NCBI RefSeq assembly: GCF_964355755.1
Contig: NC_092670.1
Location: forward strand, 39,978,388-40,042,387
Direction: 5' to 3'
Length of the DNA stretch: 64,000 bases
DNA from: Antedon mediterranea
Lineage: Eukaryota; Animalia; Echinodermata
Shown here: positions 1 to 13,740 of the stretch, piece after piece
How the letters are laid out: the number at the start of each line of letters is the position of its first letter
Numbering within the stretch: the stretch's first letter is position 1
Translations under genes and position numbers: made by a program
The notes under the pieces: generated by a model
What the model was told of the DNA's origin: nothing
What the model saw: only the letters and a program-made list of their open reading frames with translations
Database searches by the model: none

Positions 1-340
1 CTGGTCAACTGGTTTTAACAACTGGTCAACTGGTTTTTCCAACTGGTCAACTGGTTTTTCCAACTGGTCAACTGGTTTTTCAACTGGTCAACTGGTTTTT
101 CAACTGGTCAACTGGTTTTTCAAACTGGTCAACTGGTTTTTCAACTGGTCAACTGGTTTTTCAAACTGGTCAACTGGTTTTTCAAACTGGTCAACTGGTT
201 TTTCAACAGGTCAACTGGTTTTTCCAACTGGCCAACTGGTATTCCCAAAGCTCAACTGAGTTCAACTAGTCAACTGGTCCAATCGGTTTTTCAACCGGGC
301 AAGGTTGTTTCAATTGGTTTTGCAACTAGTTTTTTTCCTA
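1..340. repeat. Tandem array of ~20-22 bp unit (CAACTGGTCAACTGGTTTTTT), degenerating after ~240
   Basis: Directly visible. The CAACTGG core is shared with the array at 3195-3464. Confidence 0.9.
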
Positions 341-1866
341 ACAACCAAGGGAATTCGGAGAAGAGCGAAAGCGGATGGCTGGGTGTACGTCGTGGGAGTA
401 CGGGAGAGGACCCAGGGGGACCCAGGGGAGAGGTGGGGGGGGGGTGTTCTGGGTTGAGGTGACGGGAATAGAAGCAGGTCCGTAATTACCATTCAAAATA
501 CAATTAATATTATTATTTGTAATCCTATATTATTGCAACAAACAATTATTTAAATTAAATCAAATAAAATCGATTAAAGAATAAGAAATACTGCACAACT
601 TTTTGAAAATAATGGAGCATGCGTCCTATAGGCCGGCAGACCGTAAACAACCAATCAGAAAACTGCAAGCCAACAGCCAAAAACGGCTCCCTTTGTTTGT
701 GACAGTGTAGCTCGGCGGCAAAATCGGCGATCACGCAGCACAGAGATGCCAGGTCTAGAATGGGTATTATTGGCTAATCGCATCAAATTAAGGATGAGGC
801 ACAAATCTTGCTGTTTTATAAAAGGTAGGCCTGACATATATGTCTATTATTATCTCTTATTACTATAGGCATAGGCCTACAAACTATGATCAAAGATCGA
901 CAACAAAATGGAGGCCTCGCCGCTCGCTGCATGCTGGCTAGTAGTAAGCTAGGCGCTTCAGCCTTGGCTTGCCCCACCTTGCTAGCTGATTGATTACATG
1001 GCTGTGTACGACCGCAAATTGTCTTATTGGCCTCTACATAGTACTAGCCTATAGTAGGCTAGAAACAAAGCCCAACAATACTATATTATTAACCTATTAT
1101 TAGCCTACATGTCATTACCACACAAACGAGATTTATTTCCATTCATTCATGATCACTTTTGTTATTTTGGCCTACTAGGCTAGGCCTCTAAAGTCTAGCC
1201 CTAGTTTTAGGCCTCTAAAGTCTAGCCCTAGGCCTCTAGTAGTTGTAGGCCCGAACTAGCTACAGTAGTACTACTGTTCTGCATGTTGTATTATCACTAC
1301 TCTAGCTAGTGTCGTGATGACATGCATGGCTGCTATTTTAACATATCCTAAGCCTAGGCTAGCCTACTAATCTAATAATAAAGCAAACTAATCCATGCTG
1401 TTTTAGTCTGTCTCCGTTTCCTTAAACTAAATATCCTATATTTCTTAATTTTCCTTCAATTTTTTTCATACACAATTGCAGGTGATTTCCAGTTTACTTG
1501 AATACAACCAACAAGGCTATAAACCAACCAAAAAAGTACAGCAGTACAATTTGAAGGGTAAATATATTTATGTATACTTTCTTTCTTGGAATGATCCAAA
1601 AAAATAGTTATTTATATGGCTTTTGGCCCAAATAATATACAATGTAACAATTCAATCAATAACATTAGAGTGCGTTTAAGAATTCTGTTCTACGTTAAAA
1701 TGAAAAAAATATATATATTTTCCAAGCTTAGTAATGAGATATTTGTAATAGACATAAGATAAATATATTTTAATTTAGAGGGTTATTTATTTGTATAAAA
1801 TGAAAATATATTTAGTTCTAATATCTGAATAAAAGGGACAAACTAAAGTGAAATGATACTCATCTT

Positions 1867-2722
1867 CAATAGAGAGAAATGGCGAACCGACGCACGTCTA
1901 AAATCCGAGTGGGTATAAAATCATAAACCGTTGAGGGCGACACATTTCCTATGTTTATACACGTGAATCATGGCGTTGTCTAACCAATGTTGTTGCTGTA
2001 ACGCTCATAATTCTTGTTGTATTTGTGTATTTACACAATAAATCAATGAAATATGTATAAAAGTCATCCATCATTCACAATCATATTCCTAAAAATATCT
2101 CATATCTGTAGGTCTACATTAGACTTGGCCTATAGTATTATAGTAGAATGGTGTTATCAAGCATCATTACTGGCGGTAGCCCCCCTGCAGGAAGCATCAC
2201 TAGCCACATAACAAAATGGCAGTTGTCAAGCTGAAACTAATGCTAGTCCTACATCTACTAGAGAGGCTCTATTTAGTCTTACTACCTAGCTAGGAGACGC
2301 CTAGCAGCACCCTAGCTAAAGTAGTAGTAGTGAGTACAGTACGCAATAACGAATTTCCAATATTATTATTTTTATAATAACCGATAATCCGTGCTAGGCT
2401 CGAGGTACTACAGCATACATGCCAACTATCTAGGGCCTAGAGCTGGGTACAGTATATAACAAAAACGCGTCTTAATTCAATCCAAATTAAAATAAAATAT
2501 GTTAAGATTTGCCCATATAACATTAAAATTGATAAGGGTGTTGCAAAAAAAAAAAGATACTGCTATTATGTGTGTTTTAAACGTTCTTTTCTACCTCCCT
2601 TTTTAACTCAACCCATCGGAATTTCCCATACAAAAACATGTGGCGAAATGGTTTGTTTACAATCTATACCCACTCGGTGAAATTTGAGTGACGTCATCGC
2701 GGTTCGCCATTTCTCTCTATTG
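1867..2722. mobile_element. MITE with perfect 23-bp TIRs
   Basis: CAATAGAGAGAAATGGCGAACCG (1867-1889) and its reverse complement (2700-2722). A second inverted pair CCGAGTGGGTATA lies inside, and CTT flanks both ends (possible 3-bp TSD). Confidence 0.8.
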
Positions 2723-3194
2723 CTTGTAGAGAACATAATTTGGATAATCATTAATTAATAAATTGATTAATATATGATTCCATCTTCCTTTTTCAGTAAA
2801 ACAGTATATAAATTGATACTTGAGATTTGAATTTGATTTATTCCTTGTACTACCAGTATATTGTTTATTTAATCAATTTGTTTTGGTTTTTCTCTTTCAG
2901 GACTAATTTTGTCAACATGACTAAATAAAGAAGGTGGCCATAACTTCATAAATATATTACTGAATAAATGCTAGATCTCCATTTTCATGGACCTGTAAAA
3001 AGGAAACGGCAGGGATATGCTGACATTTGTGTAGATGTAGGGGTTATGCAGGTCGTTAAGACCTTTGTGGGGTAATTAACTACAGTACTGCAGAATTGAA
3101 AGTAACTACTGTAATTGTAAATATTAAAGTTAATAAAATAAACAGTTAAACAATAAGTTCTGTAGTTTGTGTAATTTGTTTTTGTACTGAAATT

Positions 3195-3464
3195 TACCAG
3201 TTGGGAAAATTCTCAACTGGGAAAAATGTACAACTGGGAAAATTTACAACTGGGATTGATCAGACCAGTTGGAAAATTCACAACTGGGATTATCAGACCA
3301 GTTGAGAAATTTACAACTGGTAAAATTTACAACTGGGATTATCAGACCAGTTGGAAAATTCACAACTGGGAAATTCACAACTGGTAATTGTCTCAATTCA
3401 CAACAGGGAAAATTCCCAACTGGGAAATTTCCCAACTGGTCTTCAACTGGAATTTTTACCTGGG
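3195..3464. repeat. Array of (GG)AAATT(T/C)ACAACTGG units in mixed orientation
   Basis: Directly visible. It produces the spurious ORFs at 3244-3579. Confidence 0.85.
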
Positions 3465-5686
3465 TTATATTTACCCTTTTTAAACATTTTGATGAAACGT
3501 GACCGGAAATTCCATTTTGTGACCTTTGACCCATATATGGCATGAAAAAAATGTTCATAACTACGTAACTAAAAATCATAGAGTCTTGATATTGGTGTCA
3601 AAATGATCACAACATACATATTTATATTTATTGTTTTTGAAAATTTTGTTGAAAAATAATCGAAAACACAAGGTTTTCCCTTTGACACGATGTCTATGCA
3701 GAGCCTGTAATTTACATACAGGATCTGGAAGAATTGCATGTGAAAATGGATTAAAGGAAAGGCAAATGGCAGTGAAAACAATCAATGCAAACAATGGCAA
3801 AGGAACTCGATTGTGTAACTATACAGTTTGAAAATAATGTAAAAATCATAGATGCAAGAGAAAAAATATCACGATACACACCAAGAAATGTCAACAAAAG
3901 GAAGAATTAAAACCATCTATAGCACATTGGCCTCTGATATGATATAAATGCGTTAAAAGCTGAACAGTTACAGATTAAATCAAAGTAATTGGATGCAGTA
4001 ACAAGGGAGAAGTGAAACAATGCAAACTAGCACGTTTACAAGGATTAAAGGACGGAGGTTAATGTTACAAAAGCTTTGATGCAATAATGAAAACAAAATA
4101 TAATGTAATTCTTCTTGAACATGCCTCAAATTTTGAGCAAACAAACTTGAAGAAATGACAAAGAAGTGAGAAAAAAAACCACCAGAGTGATGAAGACTTA
4201 ATATGAACATGGACATTACAATGATAAAATAGTCAAATTATACATGGATTCATTAACAACAAAGTATGATGTTGGAGCTAGTAATGCTATAGACTACAGG
4301 GATACAGGTGTTTCACAACTTGGAAGCTTGGAGGCAGAGCCGTTATCACAAATACACATGGATTAGCTTGACAACTCCAATCATACATTACATCTAGCCT
4401 AGATGGAACGTCTAAAAAAGGAGAAAACTATGGCACAGTTGGAATTGTCACAATTCGAACATCTACTAAAAGTTATGGTAACTGTGAACAATGATGGCAA
4501 ATTAACAGATGAATTAATATCAAATTTGAAAGTAATCATTCACCACAACGATTATACAGGCTCTGCTGAAGAATCTACACCGGATCCACTTTCTCTGCAA
4601 ATAATTTCCGACGAAAGACAAAAACTGTGAACAAAATCCAAATACTGTACAAACCAAATATGACACAATTAAACTTCTTGCTACAAAATATGGCAACAAG
4701 AATCATAAAAACAGCTGAACTCTACATCGAAATGTAAATGTGCATCAAATATTCCCATTCCAGATTTTTTTGGAAAGTGTGTGGAGCATTTATACGAGGA
4801 CGAAATTACAAAGGAGCAGAAGAGTGGTATGTCGGAACAAACAATTAAACTGAACGTCCACAAACCTGGCAGTTATTACAAATAAAGATTCCTCTATATT
4901 AATCTGTAATCAAGTTAGGAATATAGGTATTTTATATTTAAGAATTTTTACAAAACACTACGTTTGAATCTTCAACACGCTGTGTGTCTAAGGGCGTAAA
5001 AGCTGATTACAGGCTCTGCATGAAAATATCATTCGCGTAAAACATGCCTTATGTACATGTATGTGAAAATATTTTGTGCCATTAAGTATCAAAGGTCAAA
5101 ACCTTATGTTTTCGGTTATTTTTGAACAAAATATTCAAAAACTGTAAATATAAATATGTATGTCCTGAACATTTTGATACCAATATCAAGACTGTCATTT
5201 TTAGTTACGTGATATAAGCATTTTTTTTATGCCATATGTGTCAAAGGTCATAAAATGTTATTTCCGGTCCTGTTTCAGCAAAATGTTTAAAAAAGGTAAA
5301 TATAAATATGTATGTTCTGAACATTTTGACACCAATATCAAGACTCTGTGATATGCAGTTACGTAGATATATAAACGTCATGCCATATGTTATGTCAAAG
5401 GTCACAAACTGGAATTTCCGGTCATGTTTGAACAAAATGTTCAAAAAGTGTAAATATAAACACATATATTTTGAATAATTTGACACCAAATTCAGCTGTC
5501 TACTACAAGCGGTTACAGATTTTTAAAAATTGGCGGCCATCTTTTTTAACGTAAAATTTTGAACCTTTGCGGTAGTCTGATTTGAGTAAACTTTTGATAT
5601 ATGGTTTTTGAGACCATATTTTATTGTAATTCATCAAAAAAGGGTTTTTTTTGCAATTTTGTTGGGGTAATGAAACAGTTTGACTC
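3465..5686. mobile_element. Degenerate DNA transposon with long inverted repeats built from ~150-bp subunits (possibly Sola2-like, GAG terminus)
   Basis: 3465-3710 is the inverted counterpart of ~5005-5305, and the right arm repeats the ~150-bp unit about 2.5 times (5090-5490). Broken coding-like sequence lies between 3720 and 4860. The right end is ...AAACAGTTTGACTC. Confidence 0.5.
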
Positions 5687-6008
5687 AACTAACAATCTTA
5701 TGAGAACTTATATATACTATTTGCCTTTTGAATTGAGACGGTACATAATAGGTTTTTTATTCTTATAAGCCGCAAGATGAATTTGAAGAATTATTTAATG
5801 GCATCTAACCTAAACATGATATTGTACAGTGACTCTAAATAAACAAAATAGTAGTAACAGAACTCAATTAGACTAATAAGTGGATGATGAAATACTGAAT
5901 GAATACAGAGCATAGTTTCATCCTGCACCGGCAGCAAGCAATCTCAAGCGACACCTGCTTGAATGACATACGGCTCTATCCATTCAGCTTCCCTTTGAAG
6001 TCCTGCTT

Positions 6009-6356
6009 TTATAAGTAATTCGTGTAAAGTTCAGCATTTCTAAATATTTCATATAACGTATTGCAAAACTCGTAAGGGGTTTTGTATTTTTTGTCTAATA
6101 ACTTTAGAAGGTTTAAAGTTGGGTCTTTAACATTAATTCTCATCTTTTCAATCGTGTCAGCTTTGATTCCCATTCCGTCAGCTAAAGCTCTCCAATCATG
6201 TGGACCATTTGTACCTTCCCTTTCCACGTCAAGATTTGTCATTATACGGTGACAGACTACTTCTGGGAGTTTAGTATAACAAGAATGTTGTGTATCTCCG
6301 GCAATTCTACGGCACATTTGAAGATTGAAGTCAACATCATCGGCAGGCGGCGGTAC
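6009..6356 (-). pseudogene. Death-domain exon of copy A
   Basis: Acceptor ttctttcag|GTA, then LPEVVCHRIMTNLD..DWRALADGMG..DPTLNLLK. Closely similar to the 29320-29715 exon. Confidence 0.85.
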
Positions 6357-6429
6357 CTGAAAGAATTGAATGATACAACACTAAATGTACCATAATACTC
6401 CAGTACATTACTGCCAAAAAGGCTTATAT

Positions 6430-8442
6430 TAGGTATCCCAATGAAAGCGCACAGAGGGGTATCACTTTTGAAATATTGACGAAATTCGAAAAAGTAGTAT
6501 GACTTTGATGTTAAATAAATCGTATTCAATCTTAATTAATACTTACAGAATTTATATTGTTTGAAAGTACTTGTTTTAATCTATGTATAAGTGTGTTTAT
6601 AATTAAAATTAATGAATTAGTTGCCGAGAAAATGCGATTTTAAAACGGTTCTAAAATCCCGTCGAGCCGATTTCCGCGCGTTGAAAACCTCATCGGAAAC
6701 TTCCCATCAGTTTTCAAAACACGATCGCACGATTACCATTGGAGCTAGCGGATTAATTTTTGTTGTATGTTATCAGGCTTTAAATAAGCTTTAATTTGAT
6801 ACGAAAATCGTCTTCTATAAATAGGTTTTTCGTAACGAAAAGTCAATTTTTGTGACAAAAATCCAATTTTGATTCACCGTTTATGGAAAAATATTATGGA
6901 TTTTGGTATTAAATTATAGCTAAATCTACATTGAAATCAATAAAACATAGTTTACAAACGTATTGTGCATGGTAATTGTGCGAACTACATTTTAAAATGG
7001 TGCATGAGGCGTAAATCCCGTTCAAAATTTTAAAGATCCAACCATTATAATCCGGTGAATATTGTAGTGAGTAAAATATTGTACTCTAAAATACGCGCGT
7101 GTTTGTTGTGGCGTTTTTAGTTAAATACATTAATGCACCCTATCAGCGAATGGTACGTTCCATATTTTGAACACGTTGTTTAGTTTTCCTCGCTCGAGTT
7201 CGACCGGCTCGACGCGAGATGTGTGACAGCAGCGATGTCGGAGATTGACATGTCCTTTTCCGTCGTAGAATATCTGGTTTTACACATTAATTTAACAACT
7301 TAAAATTGATGTAATGTGCGGAAGATTTATTATGCAAGTATACAATGCAAATGCGTTAGGTTAAAATGTACCGAGGAAATTTATTAAGCTAATTTACCAA
7401 CGTTACATTTGACGGCGGCCGAAAGTCATTAACTGCGACCGAAATACTTTAACGGGAGCGACTACTGATCGCGAGTAAGCCGTGACTTGGCCTAAACTTT
7501 AGCTCCGTATTTCAATTTAATAACGTAATAATACGAAAAGAAAACAATTTTTATAATGTTATATATACTATTCAGGTAAACAATTAATTGTTTTAATTAA
7601 CATTGATTATTTTAAATGAGTTTATTTTGACCCATATTGTCACTTGTGCGTTTGCCTTAAAAGAGCATATCTTACTTAGCAGCCCGGCTTAGATTTGGTG
7701 TCATAATCATATGGGCCTAAAATCTTGTTTTACGTATTCAAAAGTTATATATAATAGTATTTATGATTGAAATTATAAATATAAAGTATATTAAAATATT
7801 CTAATAATTATACTTACCGAAAATTAGTGTAAAAGAAAGGAAACAGTACACACCGTTTTTAACATACTTTTTCATCTTTTTTTTTTATAATTTTAAATTT
7901 CACCATTAAAAAAATTTTTTTTTTCATATACACATCTGAAATATATTTATTAATGAAATATACACTACATTCTAACAAGTACAAAAAAAAATTAAATGAA
8001 TTAGTACAGTAGTTCAAAAGTTACAGATCATTGAAAAATTGCAGTTTTTTCATTTTTTAGGGAATTCCAGCAAAAATGGGCGTTAAATGCTTTCCTACCA
8101 CTTTGCGGACCAATAATTTAAAAAATAGGTTTCATTGAGGCTCCAAAAAAAATAGAGTTGTACAACTCTGTGATATCTATAGGTTTAACAAAATTCAAAA
8201 CTTTTAACTAATTATTGTAAAAGTTATAACCTTTTAAAAATGCTTCCAATTTCAACTGCAAAAAACACCATTTTTAGGCAAAAAATCGTATATTTTTTTA
8301 CCACTTTAAATAACCATAACTTTAGAACGGGTAATCGGATTTCAATCATTTAAATTGCAAAATGCTTATTACATTAAGTTCTTTATGGTTAACTGAAAGA
8401 AATGTAAAAAAATTAATCTGAATTTTTTCATTGGGATACCTA
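6430..8442. mobile_element. Non-autonomous DNA transposon, TA|GGTATCCCAATGAAA...TTTCATTGGGATACC|TA
   Basis: 15-bp perfect TIR flanked by TA on both sides. No long ORF inside. Confidence 0.7.
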
Positions 8443-8589
8443 CTTATATACAAAGACGTTTTAGGTGGTTATTATTATTATCTAAAACTGTTGATTATAT
8501 TAGGACAATGATTATGAGTGAAAGTATATTGATTCATTAGATAATGATGCTCTTTCTATTCATGTTCTGGGGAAAAAAAAAAAAAAAAA

Positions 8590-8900
8590 AATTTTTTTTT
8601 AAATATCTTATTTCTTTATACTAATTTTAATATTATTATGATTGTAGTACACTGAAAGTATCTATTTTTATTTCATCGCTTTTGTTTTTATTTATTATTT
8701 TATGTAGTAAATTGTATTAGTTTAAATGTATGTGTATTGTTTCTGGGGTCTTTCTCGAGACAAGAAACTTGTTTTCTTCTAGAGAAGACCCCAAATGATG
8801 GCTCATTACTATGTTTTCATTTATGTACTACCTATAATTATATTATACTGTATAATGCCATTGTTGATTAAATAAATGTTTTTTTAACTTGAACTTGAAC
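8590..8900 (+). mobile_element. 3' end of CR1/L2-type LINE
   Basis: 3'-UTR hairpin GGGGTCTTTCTC...GAGAAGACCCC, AATAAA and a (TTGAAC)n tail. Confidence 0.5.
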
Positions 8901-11053
8901 TAGCTCTCTAGATCTTAAATACCACTTATTCTTCGATGATCTTGAAATCCATAATGAATTTAAAATTACACCAAATCAATAGAGCCATGATGTATACATA
9001 CGAATCAGCAAGTATTATTTTCGACAAACATTGTAAAATTTTTCTGACCATGGCTTGGAACACACGAAATGATATATATAATACAATTCCTTCTCAAACT
9101 TAATTTACTCATTTTCTTAGTATTTAATCTGTATCAGTTTTCTTAATTTTTTTTTTTTCACTGTAAACTTGTTGCACATCTCATCGAGACTGTGCCTCTG
9201 ATTTAAAAGAGATACAATAAAAGTTCAGTTCAGTTCAGTACACTATTAAACTTTATGCGACAAAAATGCGATGTGCCCATATATGCTCGTCTCGTACCAT
9301 AGTTTTTCGTGTTTCAGTGTCTATTGATGATACAGTACAATGTATTACAATAATTAATAACAAAGCAATTATTTTCGTAATGATATATCGTGCTGATTTT
9401 GACATAAGAAACATTTCCTTCTGGCTAAATGGCCAGTCTATTACGAAACTTGCCAAAACGCATGCGCAGAATTTTACAAGGCTTTATTTAGTTTGTTTAG
9501 CTATTGTGCATGCAAAGATTAAACTCCTTTCTTACCATTTCAGGTTCGTTGACTGCCATCAATACTTTACCTCTTTCAAATTTACTTTGACATCTTCCCC
9601 AGTATTTTGTACTCGAATTATTTGCACATCATCCCGAGGATTTTCTTTATTTTCGCTCTGATATTTTATAACTGCCTAAAATAATAATGTGGTAACAATC
9701 TTGTTACAAATTAGCTACACTTCATTAGCTACAACAGTTTTATGTTCTATTGTCGCCAGAAAACTACTAGCCGCGCAGCGTTGTTGATGCTTACCTCCTG
9801 ATCGTATAGATTAAATGCTCGAACTTTAAATGTGTATGTGTTGCCTCCATTGTAATCTTTGCCAAATGAACAGGTATTTATTCGTTTTATCTCTTCCGTC
9901 TCAGCAACACCGGTCATTGTGATTCCAGTGGAATGTTTGACCATAACTATGCACTGATCTTCGTAAACAAAGCTTATTCCGTCAGAATCTGCATCTCTTG
10001 AATCCTTTATTTTGCCTGAAAATGTCCAGTGATCTTTGTTTTCAGCGCAATGTGGAAACGTCAGAACGAACGACACATCAAAGGTACTCCCTGGTGGTCC
10101 ACATTGTATGATAGGAGCAACTCGTGTTTAATAAGTGGACATATTACAGTTTGCTTACTTAACAGTTGTTTATATAACAGTCCTGGAACTTTTTAAACTT
10201 AAAGCAGATTTTGTAAAACAAACCAAAGCTGCTAATTGTGTACGTTCAATATGTAATGAAATAACCTACAACCAAAAAATAGTAAAATTTAATTCATTTG
10301 GCAAATATGTAAAAAATGTTATCAAAATAAAGACATTTCAAAAGATATTTTGTTTTTATATGGTATATTGTAAATAAATCAAACTGAGTAATTTATTGAA
10401 GCCAAATGCACCATTTGAGGCAACTCAAGAACGTTCTTTCGAGGAGATCAAACATTGCGCATAAAAAATTGTAGGCTTACGCCATAATATTTGCCTTGGA
10501 AATTGATCAGAAATTATAATCTAGGCCCACATTAACTTACATTAAAGTTACCAAAGAATAATTAATCAATAATCTTTCAAGGTTATATTCTGTCAAGGTT
10601 CTAGATTAACTTGTTGTTTATTTTATAATAAAAAAAAAATGTGTTTTGTCGGGGTTTTTCTTTCAATATTGCAGTTAGTATCTAATTATAGCAAATCATA
10701 AAAATGTACATTTGTCTTCTTTTTCTTATCGAATTGATCTAAGCTTGGGGATTAGTTTTTAGATGTTTTCGATACGTTCGTGAGCAGACATGATTCCGGC
10801 TGCTTTTATTTAGATGTCCACATAATTCAGTACAAAACTCTTCACGTTTTGATTTTGTTTTCAGAATATTTAACAGAAAAGCCGTCGGAGATTGACTGGC
10901 TGAGTTTAGATCCAGTGATGTCCCAATATTACTGTATATTACAGAATATCCGCAGAGGATGTGGATACGTAGTTATTATGTAATATGTTAGTATTTTGCG
11001 GTTCAAAGGAATTAAGCATCTCTTCATACTAGTATTCTAATTTTTTTTAATAG

Positions 11054-12849
11054 TTGGAGATGTTAAAAGAAGATCTAGATGAGGCTCTAATGCAAGCGGA
11101 CAGTTTAAGAGAAGCGCTAGCAGTATTGGAACAAGAAGAACAGAAAAAGAAGCATGAGCAAGTGGTTAGTATTCAATATGCAAGGAAGATGACACTTTGA
11201 TACCACAAGATTAAGTATAAATTGTATTGTATTTATATGTTAAGGCCAATTTACACAGACAATCTGTCCCACATACAATCTGTATCTCTCCTCAGCAGAA
11301 ACTACCCATCCGCTCTGCGTTGTGCAAATGGCCATAAGGAATAACATAGTTTCTAGTCTCGTCTGTGTAAATTGGCCTTTATCCGTTGTGAACCTTTGAT
11401 TTTATTAATACATATATAATAATAAATTCATCAAAGAGACACTGAATTATCTGAGACAGTGACTATTTATGAAAACAAGCTTAGAACGATTGAAAGCCAA
11501 CAGAAGTCAACAGTGAGTGCAACATCTGAAGTCCAGGCTCAGGCTGACCAACTTCAGACCTGTATAGACCAACAGGCAGCAGAGCTTGTGGTGCTGAGGG
11601 ACAGCCAAACCAAAGCTAGGAAGCTTATTGAACAGTTTGAATGCAGTAGAGAAGAAAAAAATAAAGAGATCGACAGCCTTAAGGTATTAAAAAAGTTGTT
11701 TTTTTTTTCTTTGTTCTCTGTACAAGCCTCCAGTGGTGTAACGGTTTTGAGTGTTCACTGGCTAAACCCATTGGCCCCAGAATTTGAGGGGCCCCAGAGC
11801 ATGAACAGTCCACTACAACTACCCAGCGTTAAAGGGCCCCTTAGGAGTACTAAACCAGAAGCCTATGCCTCCTGCATTACACCACTGATACTCTACATAT
11901 TTGCAACCATATTTAAATGCATGGTGATCCATATGAATATGAATAATCCAACATGAACTAATACTAACTAATGTGGCATGGCTGCAGTGAGTCTATATGA
12001 TAATGTAGATGGTAGTCACCATGATATTGTCATTTCATCTACACAGGTTCAACTAAAGGAATACGAAAATAAATGCGATCAACGACAAATGGAAAATAAT
12101 GAGCGGTAAAGTTATGATACAGTGAAATTAAAAGTAATATAATTAACTAAATATTTGATAATACAGTATTAATAATGATATTAATTTAATAAGTTTTAAC
12201 ATTCTGTTTGTAGATTTGTAATAGAGGAATTCGGTCTGGCTAATGATGGATTGGACAGTTCAAACAAAATCAAGTATAAGGTTATAAAAGAGTAAGTGCT
12301 GTAAATTTAAGTGTTTTCTACTTCACCTCTCCTACCGTGTGTGTACGGTATGTAAATTAGGAATTTTGGACTGGAAAATCCCACTTACAGTAGACATCTT
12401 GTCAGGTGATTAGCAAACATGCACAAAAATTGACTTATTTTTTATATTAGAATTTCTGAAATAAAGGAAGTTATAAAGGAAATTGAAGAAAAGTTAAAAA
12501 GGTAAGAGATGTATAGTATATATTTCAAGATGGACATCCATCAGACAGTGTATACCACAATCGGAAAACCCTAACCCTAACGCCCGATTTACCAAATGTT
12601 GCCCCTACTTAAATTTATATATAGATTACCTAGTCTAAAGCCTTAAATTCTTATTTCAACATTTGCTACAACAGAAGGACAAATAGCAAGTTTAATCTGT
12701 TGTTAATAGTAATGTACTGACATTATAGAACCGTAGCAGAGGAATGTACAGCATTAGAGCATTTATTATTTTATAGGAGACTTCGAGCTGAGCTCTTCAA
12801 GCAAGCGTGTCTCAGACGGCTTCAAACGCGAACGACACTGCAGTCGTAG
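11054..12849 (+). pseudogene. Intron-containing 3' fragment of a coiled-coil protein gene, located inside the insertion that splits copy A
   Basis: Exons 11054-11164 (LEMLKEDLDEALMQADSLREAL), ~11437-11683, 12047-12105, 12214-12291, 12451-12501 and 12777-12849 (stop). GT/AG sites and phases are compatible from 11683 onward. No clear 5' end. Confidence 0.6.
11242..11379. mobile_element. Small Harbinger-like MITE
   Basis: 19-bp TIR AAGGCCAATTTACACAGAC / GTCTGTGTAAATTGGCCTT in a TWA context. Confidence 0.7.
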
Positions 12850-12950
12850 AGAAGAGCCAGAGCCACGTTCGGCATGAATAAAATGATGCCAATATTAATG
12901 TATAATTATTTTAGTTTTGATACTTTTGATACTATATATATCTATATATC

Positions 12951-13400
12951 CCATAGATGAACTTGTGTGTACTGTATATGCCATAGATGAACTTGTGTGT
13001 ACTGTATATGCCATAGATGAACGTGTGTGTACTGTATATGCCATAGATGAACCTGTGTGTACTGTATATGCCATAGATGAACTTGTGTGTACTGTATATG
13101 CCATAGATTAACTTGTGTGTACTGTATATGCCATAGATTAACTTGTGTGTACTGTATATTCTATAGATTAACTTGTGTGTACTGTATATTCTATAGATGA
13201 ACTTGTGTGTACTCTACATCCCATAGATGAACTTGTGTGTACTGTATATGCCATAGATGAACTTGTGTGTACTGTATATGCCATAGATGAACGTGTGTGT
13301 ACTGTATATGCCATAGATGAACGTGTGTGTACTGTATATGCCATAGATGAACGTGTGTGTACTGTATATGCCATAGATGAACGTGTGTGTACTGTATATT
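12951..13400. repeat. Minisatellite, 30-bp unit CCATAGATGAAC(T/G)TGTGTGTACTGTATATG, ~15 copies
   Basis: Contiguous head-to-tail copies with no spacers. Confidence 0.95.
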
Positions 13401-13499
13401 ATCCCACCTCCATAGATACAATTATGATCAATAAGGGTATCCAAAGAAGATTGTGTTTGATCACCAACTAATTGTTGGTTAAATTAAATTAATTTGTAA

Positions 13500-13740
13500 T
13501 ACTGTATAAAATAATAATAGATCCATATTTTTGTATAATTATTGTAATATTATTTTATTATGTTGGGGACCCCTTTGGAAACAAGCCTCTGGGCTTAAAG
13601 GGCCATCCCCTGCTTTCCATGCTTATTTTCTTGTCTAGTCTTGTATTTTTATATTTAATGTTTCTCTTTTTATTTCATTTACATTATACTGTTTTATTTA
13701 TTTGTACTGTATTTGGAAAGCAATAAATATTACTTACTTA
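13500..13740 (+). mobile_element. 3' end of CR1/L2-type LINE
   Basis: GGGGAC...TCCCC hairpin, AATAAA and a (TTAC)n tail; same layout as 8590-8900. Confidence 0.45.

Larger units (their letters stand above)
1..3464. mobile_element. Putative non-autonomous DNA transposon (CCCAG-terminus, CMC/EnSpm-like); left end lies outside the window
   Basis: CAACTGG subterminal arrays at 1-340 and 3195-3464. It ends abruptly in ...AATTTTTACCTGGG (3464), in the middle of the inverted repeat of the neighbouring element. The superfamily is an inference. Confidence 0.4.

Noticed and set aside
12951-13400. 30-bp repeats as a CRISPR array or repeat-protein ORFs
   Set aside because: The units are contiguous with no unique spacers and the context is eukaryotic. 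The ORFs in several frames are by-products of a 30-bp period.
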